A DNA stretch of 64,000 bases from Anaerohalosphaeraceae bacterium. Lineage in GTDB: Bacteria > Planctomycetota > Phycisphaerae > Sedimentisphaerales > Anaerohalosphaeraceae. The position numbers were made by a program, and so were the translations under genes. Of the stretch, positions 38,289 to 48,460 are shown piece after piece. The notes beneath the pieces are model-generated. The model had not been told where the DNA came from, ran no database searches, and saw only the letters and a list, made by a program, of their open reading frames with translations. Numbering within the stretch: the stretch's first letter is position 1; each line of letters starts with the position of its first letter. The stretch lies in assembly GCA_050309605.1 (NCBI GenBank), contig JBNRMN010000067.1, forward strand, positions 32,001 through 96,000. Reading direction: 5' to 3'.

Positions 38289-40736
38289 ATGGTGAACGAA
38301 CGAGCATGGTTTACCGCCGTGGTGGTCGGGATGTGTGTGTCATTTGCGCCGGGCTATGACTGGAGCACCAATCCGGGCGACGGGTCGATGGAAAATCCCT
38401 ATCAAATCTCCACGCCGGAGCAGCTTATCGCCGTTCCGCAGGGCGGCAATAGGGCCGATCACTATTATGTGCTGGTCAACGATATTGTCTTTGACCCGAA
38501 TAATCCCGCCCATCGGGGATCATCGGGGCTGCCCAAAATACAATGCCAATTCGACGGCGCCGGTTTTGCCGTTCGCAATTTAACACTTCAGACGACAACA
38601 CCTCACAACGCTGTCGGGTTGTTCAGCCATGTACAACATCCCGGTCGTGTGAAAAATTTACGGATCGAAAATGCATCCATCGAGATTGGTGCGCCGGCGG
38701 AATACGTCGGCATTTTGTGCGGTCATGCTGAAGGCGATATTGTCAATTGTTCGGTTGAAGGGACTTTGTCCGGACCGATGGCATACGGCGGCGGTATCTG
38801 CGGTCAGGCGGGGTCTGCTTTCGGTATAGAAATTGCTTATTGTGCCGCGAATGTCACCTTTGATCCTGTGGACGGTGTTGTCGGCGGCATCTGCGGCAGG
38901 GCATTTAATGTGAATTTGCACCGCAATCGAGCGATTTGCCGAATTGTCGGCGGAATCAGCGGAGGCGGCATCTGTGGAAGGGCGACAGGGCATATGCAGA
39001 TCCGTTTTTGTGAGGCGGAGTTGTTTTTTACGACAGATCGAATCGCGTCTGAGGTTGGAGGAATTTGCGGATATTTTGATTTGCAATCTTTCAAACACGG
39101 TCTGGAAGGTTGCTCGGCTGTGGTTGATATTGTTTCCCAATCCAGATTGTCCTATGCCGGGGGTATGTGTGGCATTATTTACGGACCTGCTACGCAATCG
39201 TCAACGATTACGCGATCGTCAGCAAGAGGAAAGATAGACGGCCGCGCTTTAGAGGATGTGGGAGGATTTGTCGGGTATAACGGGGGGACAATTTCCGATA
39301 GTTATGCGCAAGTGGATATTGTGGGCGATGCAATGTACAATGTCGGCGGTTTTATTGGTAGAAACTGGGGTATGCCGTCCTCATCGTATTGTGCCGGTGA
39401 GGTTCAATTTAATTCACCTTATCCTGCGGATTGGTACAAAGTTGCCGAGTTCTGCGGCATGCCAGCCGGTTTTTTTGAAGCATGCTATTGGGATATTCAG
39501 AAATGCGACCTGAATTCGGAACCGCCTGCCGGCCTAACCGGTTTGACGACCGAACAGATGCAGACACGGGCGACGTATGAACAGGCAGGGTGGGATTTTG
39601 ACGATGAGCCGGTGTGGGGGATCAGGGCAGGCTGCTATCCTCATCTGGTATTCAAAACATTTTCCGGCGGTTCGGGCCGACCGGACGACCCGTTTTTGAT
39701 TGCAAGCGCCGAAGACTTGATAGAACTCGGACAATCGCCTCGATATTACAGTGATTGTTTTGCGCAAACCAATGATATTGACTTGAGCGAATACGTCTTT
39801 ACGGATTCGGTCATCGCACCCGGGCAAGTTCGTGGAGACAATTCCTATGCCGCCGATGCGACTTTTTTCGGAACATTTGATGGACGGGGGTATCGTATCG
39901 AGAATCTGACGATTCACAACCCTCTGGCGGAGAGTAATTCCATCGGTTTGTTTGGGAGGATGTTTAGGGCAATCGTGCGAAATGTATCTCTTGAAAATGT
40001 TACCATCAATGTGTCGGGTGGTGACGTCGGCCTTAAAAGCATAGGGGGGCTGCTCGGCCATGGCAGCGGGTTAATTCAGCGCTGTCGAGTTACGGGAACC
40101 GTCAATGCCGGTGAGGCAAGGGCCGGAGGAATTGTCGGATATTCAGGGGGGGTAACGATGCTTGATTGCTATTTTAAGGGGCAGGTTAATGGGAAATTCA
40201 GTGGAGGGATTTTCGGACTAATGGAGATGGGCAATATGTATAGATGTTATGCGTCGGCAGAGATTGAGGGTCAATACCGCGGCGGCTTAATCGGAGTGTT
40301 CGGTTACAGTGCATTTTCCGGAAATAGTGTCTGGGACAGTGAATTATCGGGCGTTTCAGAAGCCTGCGGATATGTGTCAGCCGGTTCGGATATGTTTATT
40401 ACCAATGTCAGGGGGTTGACCTGCGCGCAGATGAAAACGGCGGGCGGCTTTGCGGATCTGGGGTGGAGTTTTGTCGGGTCGGGCGACGGCGGCAATCACA
40501 TCTGGCGGATGTGCGCCGACGGCGTCGATACGCCGCGGCTCAGTTGGGAATTTGCCCGCGGCGGCGATTTGGCCTGTCCGGACGGCGTGGAGCTGGGCGA
40601 TCTGCTGGCGTTGGCGCAGGCGTGGCTGACGATTGAGAGCGGCTGTCCGAAACACTTCAATACCGCCGCCGATGCCAACATCGACGGCCGAATCGATTTG
40701 TTGGATTTTATTGTATTGTCGGACAACTGGCCGTAG
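38289..40736 (+). CDS. Secreted GLUG-motif/beta-helix repeat protein with C-terminal dockerin-like domain
   Basis: RBS aaggag; two modules starting GDGSMENPYQI / GSGRPDDPFLI; many VGGI(C/V)G repeats; AGWDF; C-terminal GDLACPDGVELGD...ADANIDGRIDLLDF...NW. Confidence 0.85.
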   Translation: MVNERAWFTAVVVGMCVSFAPGYDWSTNPGDGSMENPYQISTPEQLIAVPQGGNRADHYYVLVNDIVFDPNNPAHRGSSGLPKIQCQFDGAGFAVRNLTLQTTTPHNAVGLFSHVQHPGRVKNLRIENASIEIGAPAEYVGILCGHAEGDIVNCSVEGTLSGPMAYGGGICGQAGSAFGIEIAYCAANVTFDPVDGVVGGICGRAFNVNLHRNRAICRIVGGISGGGICGRATGHMQIRFCEAELFFTTDRIASEVGGICGYFDLQSFKHGLEGCSAVVDIVSQSRLSYAGGMCGIIYGPATQSSTITRSSARGKIDGRALEDVGGFVGYNGGTISDSYAQVDIVGDAMYNVGGFIGRNWGMPSSSYCAGEVQFNSPYPADWYKVAEFCGMPAGFFEACYWDIQKCDLNSEPPAGLTGLTTEQMQTRATYEQAGWDFDDEPVWGIRAGCYPHLVFKTFSGGSGRPDDPFLIASAEDLIELGQSPRYYSDCFAQTNDIDLSEYVFTDSVIAPGQVRGDNSYAADATFFGTFDGRGYRIENLTIHNPLAESNSIGLFGRMFRAIVRNVSLENVTINVSGGDVGLKSIGGLLGHGSGLIQRCRVTGTVNAGEARAGGIVGYSGGVTMLDCYFKGQVNGKFSGGIFGLMEMGNMYRCYASAEIEGQYRGGLIGVFGYSAFSGNSVWDSELSGVSEACGYVSAGSDMFITNVRGLTCAQMKTAGGFADLGWSFVGSGDGGNHIWRMCADGVDTPRLSWEFARGGDLACPDGVELGDLLALAQAWLTIESGCPKHFNTAADANIDGRIDLLDFIVLSDNWP

Positions 40737-40780
40737 CGGGTTCAGGACTGTTCTGGTCTTCTTTTCAGATTGAGCATCAA

Positions 40781-41833
40781 TCAGTCCGAACAGGCACGCC
40801 CGCCGAGTATGCCGGTGAGAATCCGCAGGGCCGTTTGGATGTCCGTTTCGGATATTCCCGCGTGTGTGACCAGACGAAACCGCCGCGGAGCGACCGAGAG
40901 GAATTGAACGCCGCCTGCCTGCGCCTGATTGAGCAGTTGTTCATCTGATATCGTGTTGTCGTTGAGTGAAAAATAGACCATATTGGTCTGTACCGCGTTG
41001 ACATCCAAAGTAACGCCGTGGAGTGTTGACAGGCCGTGGGCAAGTGTTCGGGCGTTTTGGTGATCGTCGGCCAGGCGGTCGATCATCGTTTCCAGTGCAA
41101 CGATGCCCGCGGCGGCAATGACGCCGGCCTGGCGCATACCACCGCCGAGGCCTTTGCGGACACGGCGGGCTTCGGCGATAAAAGCGTTCGTTCCGCACAG
41201 GACCGATCCGACCGGACAGCTCAGCCCTTTACTCAGACAGAAAGACAGGCTGTCGCACGGTCGTGTCAGCTTGCGTACGTCCAGATTCAAAGCGACCGCG
41301 GCGTTGAATATCCTCGCTCCGTCGATATGCACGGCCAGTCCATAGCGGGCCGCCAGTTGGCCGACCGCATCGAGATAGTCGGCCCTGAGCACGGCGCCGC
41401 CGCATTTGTTGTGGGTATTTTCGAGGCTGATCAGCCTGGTCCGCGGGAAATGCACGTTGTCCGGGCGGATGGCGGCCTCGATATCGCCCAGACACAGCGT
41501 GCCGTCCGGCTGATTCGACAGGGTGTGCGGATGCACGCCGCCATAGGCACTGATACCGCCGGCCTCGTAGTAAAACGTGTGCGACCGGTTGCCGAGAATG
41601 ACCTCCTCGCCCCGGCCGCAATGGACCAGGACGCTGATCAGGTTGGCCATCGTCCCGCTGGGCGTTAACAGGGCGGCCTCTTTGCCGGTCATCGCCGCGG
41701 CCAACGCTTCCAGCCGAATCACCGTCGGGTCGTCGCCGAGCACATCATCACCCAGCGGCGCGGTTCGCATTGCCTCGATCATCGCCTCGGTCGGTTGAGT
41801 GACGGTATCACTGCGTAAATCAATCATTTTCAT
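40781..41833 (-). CDS. ltaE: Low-specificity L-threonine aldolase
   Basis: IDLRSDTVT, GDDV-x2-DDPTV, SGTMAN, ENTHN, HIDGARIFNA, CLSKGL, GGGMRQAG. Confidence 0.96.
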   Translation of the reverse strand: MKMIDLRSDTVTQPTEAMIEAMRTAPLGDDVLGDDPTVIRLEALAAAMTGKEAALLTPSGTMANLISVLVHCGRGEEVILGNRSHTFYYEAGGISAYGGVHPHTLSNQPDGTLCLGDIEAAIRPDNVHFPRTRLISLENTHNKCGGAVLRADYLDAVGQLAARYGLAVHIDGARIFNAAVALNLDVRKLTRPCDSLSFCLSKGLSCPVGSVLCGTNAFIAEARRVRKGLGGGMRQAGVIAAAGIVALETMIDRLADDHQNARTLAHGLSTLHGVTLDVNAVQTNMVYFSLNDNTISDEQLLNQAQAGGVQFLSVAPRRFRLVTHAGISETDIQTALRILTGILGGRACSD

Positions 41834-42188
41834 AGATATTTCCCATTCAAAAATTAACCAAACTTTGTTTTCTGAACGAGACCAAAAAACCAAGCCGGAT
41901 TCAGCCGCCAAGCGCAGCGGAGTTCATTGCCGTTGTATTATCCGGCTATAAAATACTTCAATGGGCGCCGAAAGACCATGTGGTTTTCCTGATGGGCCGT
42001 CTTTTTTTCCCTTATCCCTTTTTGCAGGCTGTTTTGTCGTGTTTCTGTATCCTGTTTTGGGAGAATAAAAATATGCTGTTGGGTTCATTTTGGTTGACGC
42101 GGGGTGTGTTTTTTGGTAAATAGGTCGTTTCTGTCAAAATGGACAAAGTGCATTCTTATCATTGTCGCCCCTGAGGTGTGTAAAGCGG

Positions 42189-43259
42189 ATGTCGCTGGAC
42201 GATTTGCGCAAAACGATCGATGCAATCGACGAGAAGCTCGTGGAGCTGATCAATCAGCGTGCGCAGGTCGTGGTTGAAATCGGCAAGCTCAAGCAGTCGG
42301 CCGCGACGCCGATTTATGTGCCGCATCGGGAAAAGGCGGTGTTCGATAAGATCGCCGAGCTGAACAAAGGCCCCTTGCCGGACAAGGCGCTGAACGCGAT
42401 CTGGCGGGAGATTATGAGCGGGTCATTCTTTCTGGAACGGCCGCTGCGGATTGGGTATCTGGGGCCGAAGGGCAGTTTTTCGCACAATGCGGCCATCCTG
42501 AAATTTGGCCAGAGCGTGGATTACGAGGCGCTGGCCGACATTCGCGGAATTTTTGAGGAAGTCAGCAAAGGGCACTGTGATTTCGGGATTGTGCCGGTCG
42601 AGAACAGTGCCGGCGGCGGCGTGCGCGAGTCGCTGGACGCCTTCATCGAGACTGATGTGATGGTCTGCGCCGAGGCGAATATGGCGATCCATCACCATTT
42701 GATGGCGACTTGCCCGATGTCGGCGATTGAGCGGATTTATTCGCAGCCGGAGATTTTCGCCCAGTGCCGCAATTGGCTGGCGGCTACGTTTAAGGACGCC
42801 GAGATGATTCCGGTGGCTTCGTCGTCGCGGGCGGCGCAGTTGGCGGCCTCGGAGAAGGCCGCGGCGGCGATTGCCTCGGCGATTGCCGCTGAGATCTACG
42901 GACTGAAGATTCTCTGTCCGGATATTGAGGATATTTCCAACAATATCACGCGGTTTTTGATTATCAGCAAGCAGGACGCCCAGCCCAGCGGCGATGACAA
43001 GACGATTATCTTGTTCAGTACCGCCCATCGAACCGGGGCGCTGGTCGATGTGCTGAATGTATTCAAGGAATACGACCTGAATATGACCAATATCGGGTCG
43101 CGTCCGAACCGAAAACGTGAATGGGAATATTACTTTTTTGTCGATTTTCTGGGCCATCGGCTGGACGCCAATGTACAAAAAGCGCTGGAGCAGGCCAAAG
43201 CGCATTGCCTGCAACTGTCAGTGCTGGGCAGCTTTCCGCGCAGCGCGACGGTGATGTAA
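42189..43259 (+). CDS. pheA: Chorismate mutase / prephenate dehydratase (P-protein)
   Basis: N-terminal AroQ domain (LR-x2-ID-x-ID), YLGP-x-GSFS, VPVENS, NITRF, ACT domain, LGSFP. Confidence 0.95.
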   Translation: MSLDDLRKTIDAIDEKLVELINQRAQVVVEIGKLKQSAATPIYVPHREKAVFDKIAELNKGPLPDKALNAIWREIMSGSFFLERPLRIGYLGPKGSFSHNAAILKFGQSVDYEALADIRGIFEEVSKGHCDFGIVPVENSAGGGVRESLDAFIETDVMVCAEANMAIHHHLMATCPMSAIERIYSQPEIFAQCRNWLAATFKDAEMIPVASSSRAAQLAASEKAAAAIASAIAAEIYGLKILCPDIEDISNNITRFLIISKQDAQPSGDDKTIILFSTAHRTGALVDVLNVFKEYDLNMTNIGSRPNRKREWEYYFFVDFLGHRLDANVQKALEQAKAHCLQLSVLGSFPRSATVM

Positions 43260-43328
43260 ATGGAAAAGGCAAAATGTAAACGTCACAACAGTGTGGATCG
43301 CTAACCTACAATAGTGGAGATGTCTTCG

Positions 43329-44084
43329 ATGAGAAAACCGTTTATTGCCGGAAACTGGAAGATGAACACCAACAGCGCCACCGCCGTAGCGCTGGCAGCT
43401 GGACTGGTCAAGGAACTGGAATCTGTGGAGACGGTGGATGTCGCGGTGTGCCCGCCGTTTGTCTATTTGCAGTCGGTCGCGGCGGCGCTGAGTGCGTCGA
43501 ATATCGCGCTGGGCGCGCAGGATGTCTATTTTGAAGGCAACGGCGCCTTTACCGGCGAGATCAGTTGCGAGATGCTCAAAGATTGCAGTTGCAGCTATGT
43601 CATCCTTGGCCATTCCGAACGGCGGCATGTGATCGGCGAGACCGATGAACTGATTAACAGGAAACTCAAGGCGGCGATTGCCGGCGGGCTGATGCCGATT
43701 TTTTGTGTCGGCGAGCTGCTGGAAGAACGCGACGCCGGCAAAACAATGGACGTCGTCGAATCACAGGTGCAAAAAGGCCTTGAAGGGTTGTGCGAGGAGC
43801 GCATCCAGGCGGTCACGATTGCCTATGAACCGGTCTGGGCCATTGGTACCGGTCGGACGGCCACGCCCGAACAGGCGCAGGAAGTACATGCGGCGATCCG
43901 CGGCCTGCTGGAAAAAATGTTCGACAAGACCATCGCCGAGTCGCTGCGGATTCAGTACGGCGGGTCGGCCAAGCCGGGCAACACCGCCGAGCTGATGGCC
44001 CAGCCGGATGTTGATGGTCTGCTGGTCGGCGGGGCGAGTCTGAAGGTGGATGATTTTGCGAAAATGGTCAAAACTGTTGCGTAA
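43329..44084 (+). CDS. tpiA: Triosephosphate isomerase
   Basis: AGNWKMN, GAFTGE, GHSERR, AYEPVWAIGTG, YGGS, LVGGASL. Confidence 0.99.
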   Translation: MRKPFIAGNWKMNTNSATAVALAAGLVKELESVETVDVAVCPPFVYLQSVAAALSASNIALGAQDVYFEGNGAFTGEISCEMLKDCSCSYVILGHSERRHVIGETDELINRKLKAAIAGGLMPIFCVGELLEERDAGKTMDVVESQVQKGLEGLCEERIQAVTIAYEPVWAIGTGRTATPEQAQEVHAAIRGLLEKMFDKTIAESLRIQYGGSAKPGNTAELMAQPDVDGLLVGGASLKVDDFAKMVKTVA

Positions 44085-44130
44085 ACGGTTTTGAGAAACC
44101 AATATTTTTCTATAGTTGAGGTATAACAAG

Positions 44131-44628
44131 ATGCTTTATCTTCCGCTTGCGAGTGTTTCGTTTGGGTGGAAATTGTTTGCGGTGCTGTGGGTGCTGCTGG
44201 CCGTGGCGCTGATTATGATTGTCCTGATTCAAAAGGGGCGCGGCGGCGGTCTGGGTGCGGCCTTCGGCGGCGGCGGAGCGAACAGTCTGTTGGGCACCAA
44301 AACCGGCGACTTTTTGACGTGGGTGACGATTTGTCTGGTCTCGTTGTTCCTGCTGGGTGCAGTGGTGATGGGCAAATTTATGCGTCCGCGGGAAACGACG
44401 CTGGCGCCGGCGGCGATGCCGCAAACGCAGACGCCCTCGGCCGGCGCGCCATTGGGCGATCAGATCGAGCAAGCCGCCGAGGATGCCGAATCGCAAGCTG
44501 AGCAAGCCGCGGATGATCTTACCGACCAGGCCGCCTCCGCTGAGCAGTCCATTGACGATGCGGCGAGTGAAGCGGGCGAGGCGCTGCCGGAACAGCCCGA
44601 AGAGCCGTCTGCGCCGCAGCAGAACTAA
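44131..44628 (+). CDS. secG: Preprotein translocase subunit SecG with acidic C-terminal tail
   Basis: VLIQKGRGGGLGAAFGG between two transmembrane helices; follows tpiA. Confidence 0.9.
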   Translation: MLYLPLASVSFGWKLFAVLWVLLAVALIMIVLIQKGRGGGLGAAFGGGGANSLLGTKTGDFLTWVTICLVSLFLLGAVVMGKFMRPRETTLAPAAMPQTQTPSAGAPLGDQIEQAAEDAESQAEQAADDLTDQAASAEQSIDDAASEAGEALPEQPEEPSAPQQN

Positions 44629-44656
44629 CCGGATGTGTCCGTCGGGAAGTACGGCG

Positions 44657-45541
44657 ATGATCAGCAGTATGACAGGATTCGGTCAGGCGTGCACCGAAAG
44701 CCGCGGCGTGGTTTATACCGTCGAGGTGCGCACCGTCAACAATCGGTACTTCAAGGCGCAACTGCGCCTGCCGGATATCGTTGCGTTTATGGAAGGCGAG
44801 ATTGAAAAGCTGCATCGTGAAAAGATTCATCGCGGCACGGTCTCCTATACGCTGCGAATGAAAAACATCTCCGGTCAGGCGCTGTTTGACATTGATGAAT
44901 CGACGCTCAAGACCTATATCGACCGACTGGAAGCGATGCCGGACGCCGACAGCGGCGTCTGTCGGATCGATCTGGCGTCGCTGCTGAATCTGCCGGGGAT
45001 TGTCCAGCCGATGATTCCCGATGAAGAGGCGGTCAACCAGATGCGTCGCACGATTCTGGGCTTGAGCAGCGAGGCGATAGACGAACTGCTGCGGTCGCGC
45101 CGCGAAGAAGGCGGCCAACTGGCCGAAGATATGCTGAACCACTGTGATGTGATCGCATCGTCATTGAACGCGATTCGCACGCAGGCGCCTTCCGTGGTGC
45201 GGGAGTATGGTGAAAAGCTGCGAAAGCGGGTCGATGAACTGCTGGCCGATGCGCAGCTTAAGATCGCCGAGGATCAGGTGGCACGGGAGACGGCCATTTA
45301 CGCCGACCGATGCGATATTGCCGAGGAAATCAGCCGACTGGACGGCCACGTACGGCAGTTTCGTCAGAGCTGTACCGACGGCGGGGCGGTGGGACGACGG
45401 CTGGATTTTATCGCGCAGGAAATGCTTCGCGAGGCCAATACCATCGGCAGCAAAAGCGCCAACGCCGAGATCATCCGCCGTGTGATTGACATCAAGTGTG
45501 CAGTGGATCGCATCAAAGAACAGGTGCAGAACGTCGAATAG
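44657..45541 (+). CDS. yicC: YicC/YloC family endoribonuclease
   Basis: MISSMTGFG, VN-x-RY, DIAEEI-x-RL, GRRLDF-x2-QEM-x-REANTIGSK, KEQVQNVE. Confidence 0.95.
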   Translation: MISSMTGFGQACTESRGVVYTVEVRTVNNRYFKAQLRLPDIVAFMEGEIEKLHREKIHRGTVSYTLRMKNISGQALFDIDESTLKTYIDRLEAMPDADSGVCRIDLASLLNLPGIVQPMIPDEEAVNQMRRTILGLSSEAIDELLRSRREEGGQLAEDMLNHCDVIASSLNAIRTQAPSVVREYGEKLRKRVDELLADAQLKIAEDQVARETAIYADRCDIAEEISRLDGHVRQFRQSCTDGGAVGRRLDFIAQEMLREANTIGSKSANAEIIRRVIDIKCAVDRIKEQVQNVE

Positions 45542-45545
45542 GCTT

Positions 45546-46121
45546 ATGATGGATACGTCAGCCAAACAGGGAACACTGGTTGTCATCAGCGGCCCGTCGG
45601 GGGTGGGCAAGAGCACCCTCTGCCGTCAGGTCGTCCGTCGGCTGGATGCGGTCTTGAGCGTCTCGGCCACGACGCGGCCGAAAGGCGCATCCGAGATCGA
45701 CGGCAAGGATTACTATTTCCTGTCGCCCGATGAGTTTCAGCGGCAAATGGAGGCCGGTCAGTTTTTGGAGTATGCCGAAGTGTTCGGCCATTATTACGGT
45801 ACGCCGCGTCAACCGGTCGAGCGGGCCATCGCTGACGGGCGCATCGTCATTCTCGAGATTGACGTCCAGGGCGGCTTGCAGGTCAAACAGGCGATGCCCG
45901 AGGCGATGATGGTGTTTATCCTGCCGCCGCGATTGGATGAGCTGCTGCGGCGGATCGAGAAACGCGCCCGCGGCGAAGACGCCGAAGCGCGGCAAAAGCG
46001 TCTGGCCCGCGCCGAAGCGGAAATCGAAACAGGCAAAGCCCGTTATGAATATTTGGTAGTCAACGATATACTGGACCAGGCCGTGCAGGACGTGATCGAT
46101 ATCATTCAGCAGCGGCTGTGA
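45546..46121 (+). CDS. gmk: Guanylate kinase
   Basis: SGPSGVGKST, SVSATTR, DYYF, YYGTP, EIDVQG. Confidence 0.97.
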   Translation: MMDTSAKQGTLVVISGPSGVGKSTLCRQVVRRLDAVLSVSATTRPKGASEIDGKDYYFLSPDEFQRQMEAGQFLEYAEVFGHYYGTPRQPVERAIADGRIVILEIDVQGGLQVKQAMPEAMMVFILPPRLDELLRRIEKRARGEDAEARQKRLARAEAEIETGKARYEYLVVNDILDQAVQDVIDIIQQRL

Positions 46122-46166
46122 GGTCAGACGTCAGAAGACAGAACACTTAATCAGAGAGGTTTGCAT

Positions 46167-46409
46167 ATGATTGAAGAACTGAAAGACACAGCGATTCTTA
46201 ACAAAGTCGGCGGGCGGTTTAAGCTCTCGGCGCTGATTCAAAAACGAATGCTTGAGCTGATGGAAGGCGGGCGGCCGCTGATCGAAGACACCGAGGGCAA
46301 AACGCAGATGGAAATCGTTATCGAGGAAATCCGTCAGGGCAAGATCGCGCTGGAAGATCCGGCTGTTCAGGACAACAAGAAAGACAAGACGGAAGCCGCT
46401 CCGTTTTGA
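46167..46409 (+). CDS. rpoZ: RNA polymerase omega subunit
   Basis: KVGGRFKL-x2-LIQKR-x2-EL, EI-x2-GKI; yicC-gmk-rpoZ-coaC synteny. Confidence 0.88.
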   Translation: MIEELKDTAILNKVGGRFKLSALIQKRMLELMEGGRPLIEDTEGKTQMEIVIEEIRQGKIALEDPAVQDNKKDKTEAAPF

Positions 46410-46480
46410 TTGTCTGACACCCATCGACGCAGCGAAGCGCCCCCTGCGGTCAATCAAACGTTGAGATGATGCACGTTGCA

Positions 46481-47044
46481 ATGAATCAGACGAACCAACA
46501 ACTTGAGAACGCCAGGATTCTGCTGGGCATCAGCGGAGGAATCGCGGCGTACAAGGCGGCGGACCTGGCCGGCAAACTGACCGCCGCCGGGGCGCAGGTG
46601 CAGACGATTATGACCGAGAACGCCTGTCGGCTGATCACGCCGGTGTGTGTGCAGGCGCTGACGCATCGGCCGGTTTACACCTCGATGTGGGTCGGGCCGG
46701 AGGATTTCAGAATCGGCCACATCGAACTGGCTGACTGGGCCGATGCGGTGGTCGTTGCGCCAGCCACGGCCAATATCATTGCCAAGACCGCCGCCGGCGT
46801 ATGCGACGACCTGCTCAGCACGACGCTGTGCGTCTGCTGGAACAAGCCGGTTTTGCTCGCCCCGGCGATGAACAGCCGGATGTGGGCCAACCCAATCGTT
46901 CAGGCCAATCTGGCTCGCCTTCAGGAACAACTCAAATTCCGTATTATCGGCCCGGAGACCGGGCGTCTGGCCTGCGGTACGGAAGGAATCGGTCGAATGG
47001 CCGAGCCGACGGCGATCATCGAAGAGATTCGGCGCATGCAGTAG
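46481..47044 (+). CDS. coaC: Phosphopantothenoylcysteine decarboxylase (flavoprotein domain only)
   Basis: GISGGIAAYKA, HIEL, APATAN, APAMN-x2-MW, GRLACG-x2-G-x-GRM; stops before a CoaB domain. Confidence 0.9.
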   Translation: MNQTNQQLENARILLGISGGIAAYKAADLAGKLTAAGAQVQTIMTENACRLITPVCVQALTHRPVYTSMWVGPEDFRIGHIELADWADAVVVAPATANIIAKTAAGVCDDLLSTTLCVCWNKPVLLAPAMNSRMWANPIVQANLARLQEQLKFRIIGPETGRLACGTEGIGRMAEPTAIIEEIRRMQ

Positions 47045-47276
47045 CCGACTCCGTCCAAAACGCCCAAACCGATCCGACAATCCCAAACATATCCCCGATC
47101 TATGACGGCTCCGATGTGTTTTTCATCCGTTTTGACTTTCAACAAATTACCATTGGAAATCCGCGCGTCCTGGGTATAATGGAGTCAATGAATGACAGGA
47201 AGCGGTTGCCGATACTGGACAGCGGGAACACCTTTATGTGGCGGTTGTTCGACGTTTCCGTGTGCATGGAGAACAA

Positions 47277-48428
47277 ATGACAGTCGGCCGGTTTCATATC
47301 GCCTGGATGGGATTGTGGCTGATCGCGGCGGGGACGGCCTCGGCCGGATCGCGGCTGCCGGCGTTTTTGGTTGGCGGTGATATTTCGATGCTGCTGCATC
47401 AGGAACAGGCGGGCGTTGTCTTTCAGGATGCGCAGGGACAGCCCAAAGAACTGATTGCCTTGATGACCGAGGCCGGATGCAATTGTTTTCGGGTGCGATT
47501 GTTCGTTGAGCCGACCGGCCGGGGCGGGGTGATTCAGGATGTGCCCTATGCAATCGCGATGGCCCGGCGCATCAAGGCGGCCGGGGGGACGTTTCTGCTG
47601 AATTTCCACTATTCCGATACATGGGCCGATCCGGCGCATCAGACCAAACCGGCGGCCTGGAACGACCTGCCGTTTGATGAGCTGGTCAAGACGGTCCAAT
47701 CTTATACGGCTGAGGTCATCGGGGCATTCAGGGCCGAAGATCTGCTGCCGGAGATCGTGCAGATCGGCAACGAAATCCACCCGGGGTTTCTGTGGCCGGA
47801 CGGTTGGCTGGGCGGGCCGGATTCGCAGGAGGCGTGGAAAAAATTTACAGCGCTGCTCAAGGCCGGCATTCGCGGGCTGCACAGCGCGATTGGGCCGGAC
47901 GATCATGTCAGCATTATGATTCATATCGCCTGCGGCGGCGACGTCGGCAAAACAGACTGGTTTTTCTCACAACTCGAACACTACCAGGTGCCTTACGATC
48001 TGATCGGACAAAGTTATTATCCCTGGTGGCACGGCACGCTCCAGGAGCTTCAGGACAATCTGGCCCGCACCGCCCGGACATTTGACAAGGATATTATCGT
48101 CGTCGAGACGGCCTATCCCAATCGGCCCATTGAGCGGTTTGAGGTGCGGGCCGACCGTAAAGAAGCGATGGTCTGGCCGTGGAGTCCGGCCGGTCAGTCT
48201 GCATTTTTGACCGAATTGATTGAGACAGTTCGCCGAACGCCGAACCGCCGCGGACGCGGCGTGCTCTGGTGGTATCCGGAATCGGCGCCGACCCCGCGCC
48301 CCGGCGGCTGGTATAACGGGGCGATGGCCTTGTTTGACGCCGAGGGGCGCGTCTTGCCGGCCATGCAGGCCTTCAGCGCAGCGGCACCGAGCGTAGAAAC
48401 CGAACAGGAAAACAGCGATTCAAAATAA
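47277..48428 (+). CDS. Arabinogalactan endo-1,4-beta-galactanase (GH53), secreted
   Basis: GGDIS, RVRLFVEP, FHYSDTWADP-x2-Q-x-KP-x-AW, VQIGNE, SYYP-x-WHG, VETAYP. Confidence 0.93.
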   Translation: MTVGRFHIAWMGLWLIAAGTASAGSRLPAFLVGGDISMLLHQEQAGVVFQDAQGQPKELIALMTEAGCNCFRVRLFVEPTGRGGVIQDVPYAIAMARRIKAAGGTFLLNFHYSDTWADPAHQTKPAAWNDLPFDELVKTVQSYTAEVIGAFRAEDLLPEIVQIGNEIHPGFLWPDGWLGGPDSQEAWKKFTALLKAGIRGLHSAIGPDDHVSIMIHIACGGDVGKTDWFFSQLEHYQVPYDLIGQSYYPWWHGTLQELQDNLARTARTFDKDIIVVETAYPNRPIERFEVRADRKEAMVWPWSPAGQSAFLTELIETVRRTPNRRGRGVLWWYPESAPTPRPGGWYNGAMALFDAEGRVLPAMQAFSAAAPSVETEQENSDSK

Positions 48429-48460
48429 AAACAGAACAACGGCTGCGGGAGACAATTACG

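Noticed and set aside
41834..42160. Glycine or ZTP riboswitch upstream of ltaE
   Set aside because: The conserved cores (GGAGA...CCGAAG...CTCTCAGG; GACTGGCG...GCCTGGGC) were not found in the right orientation
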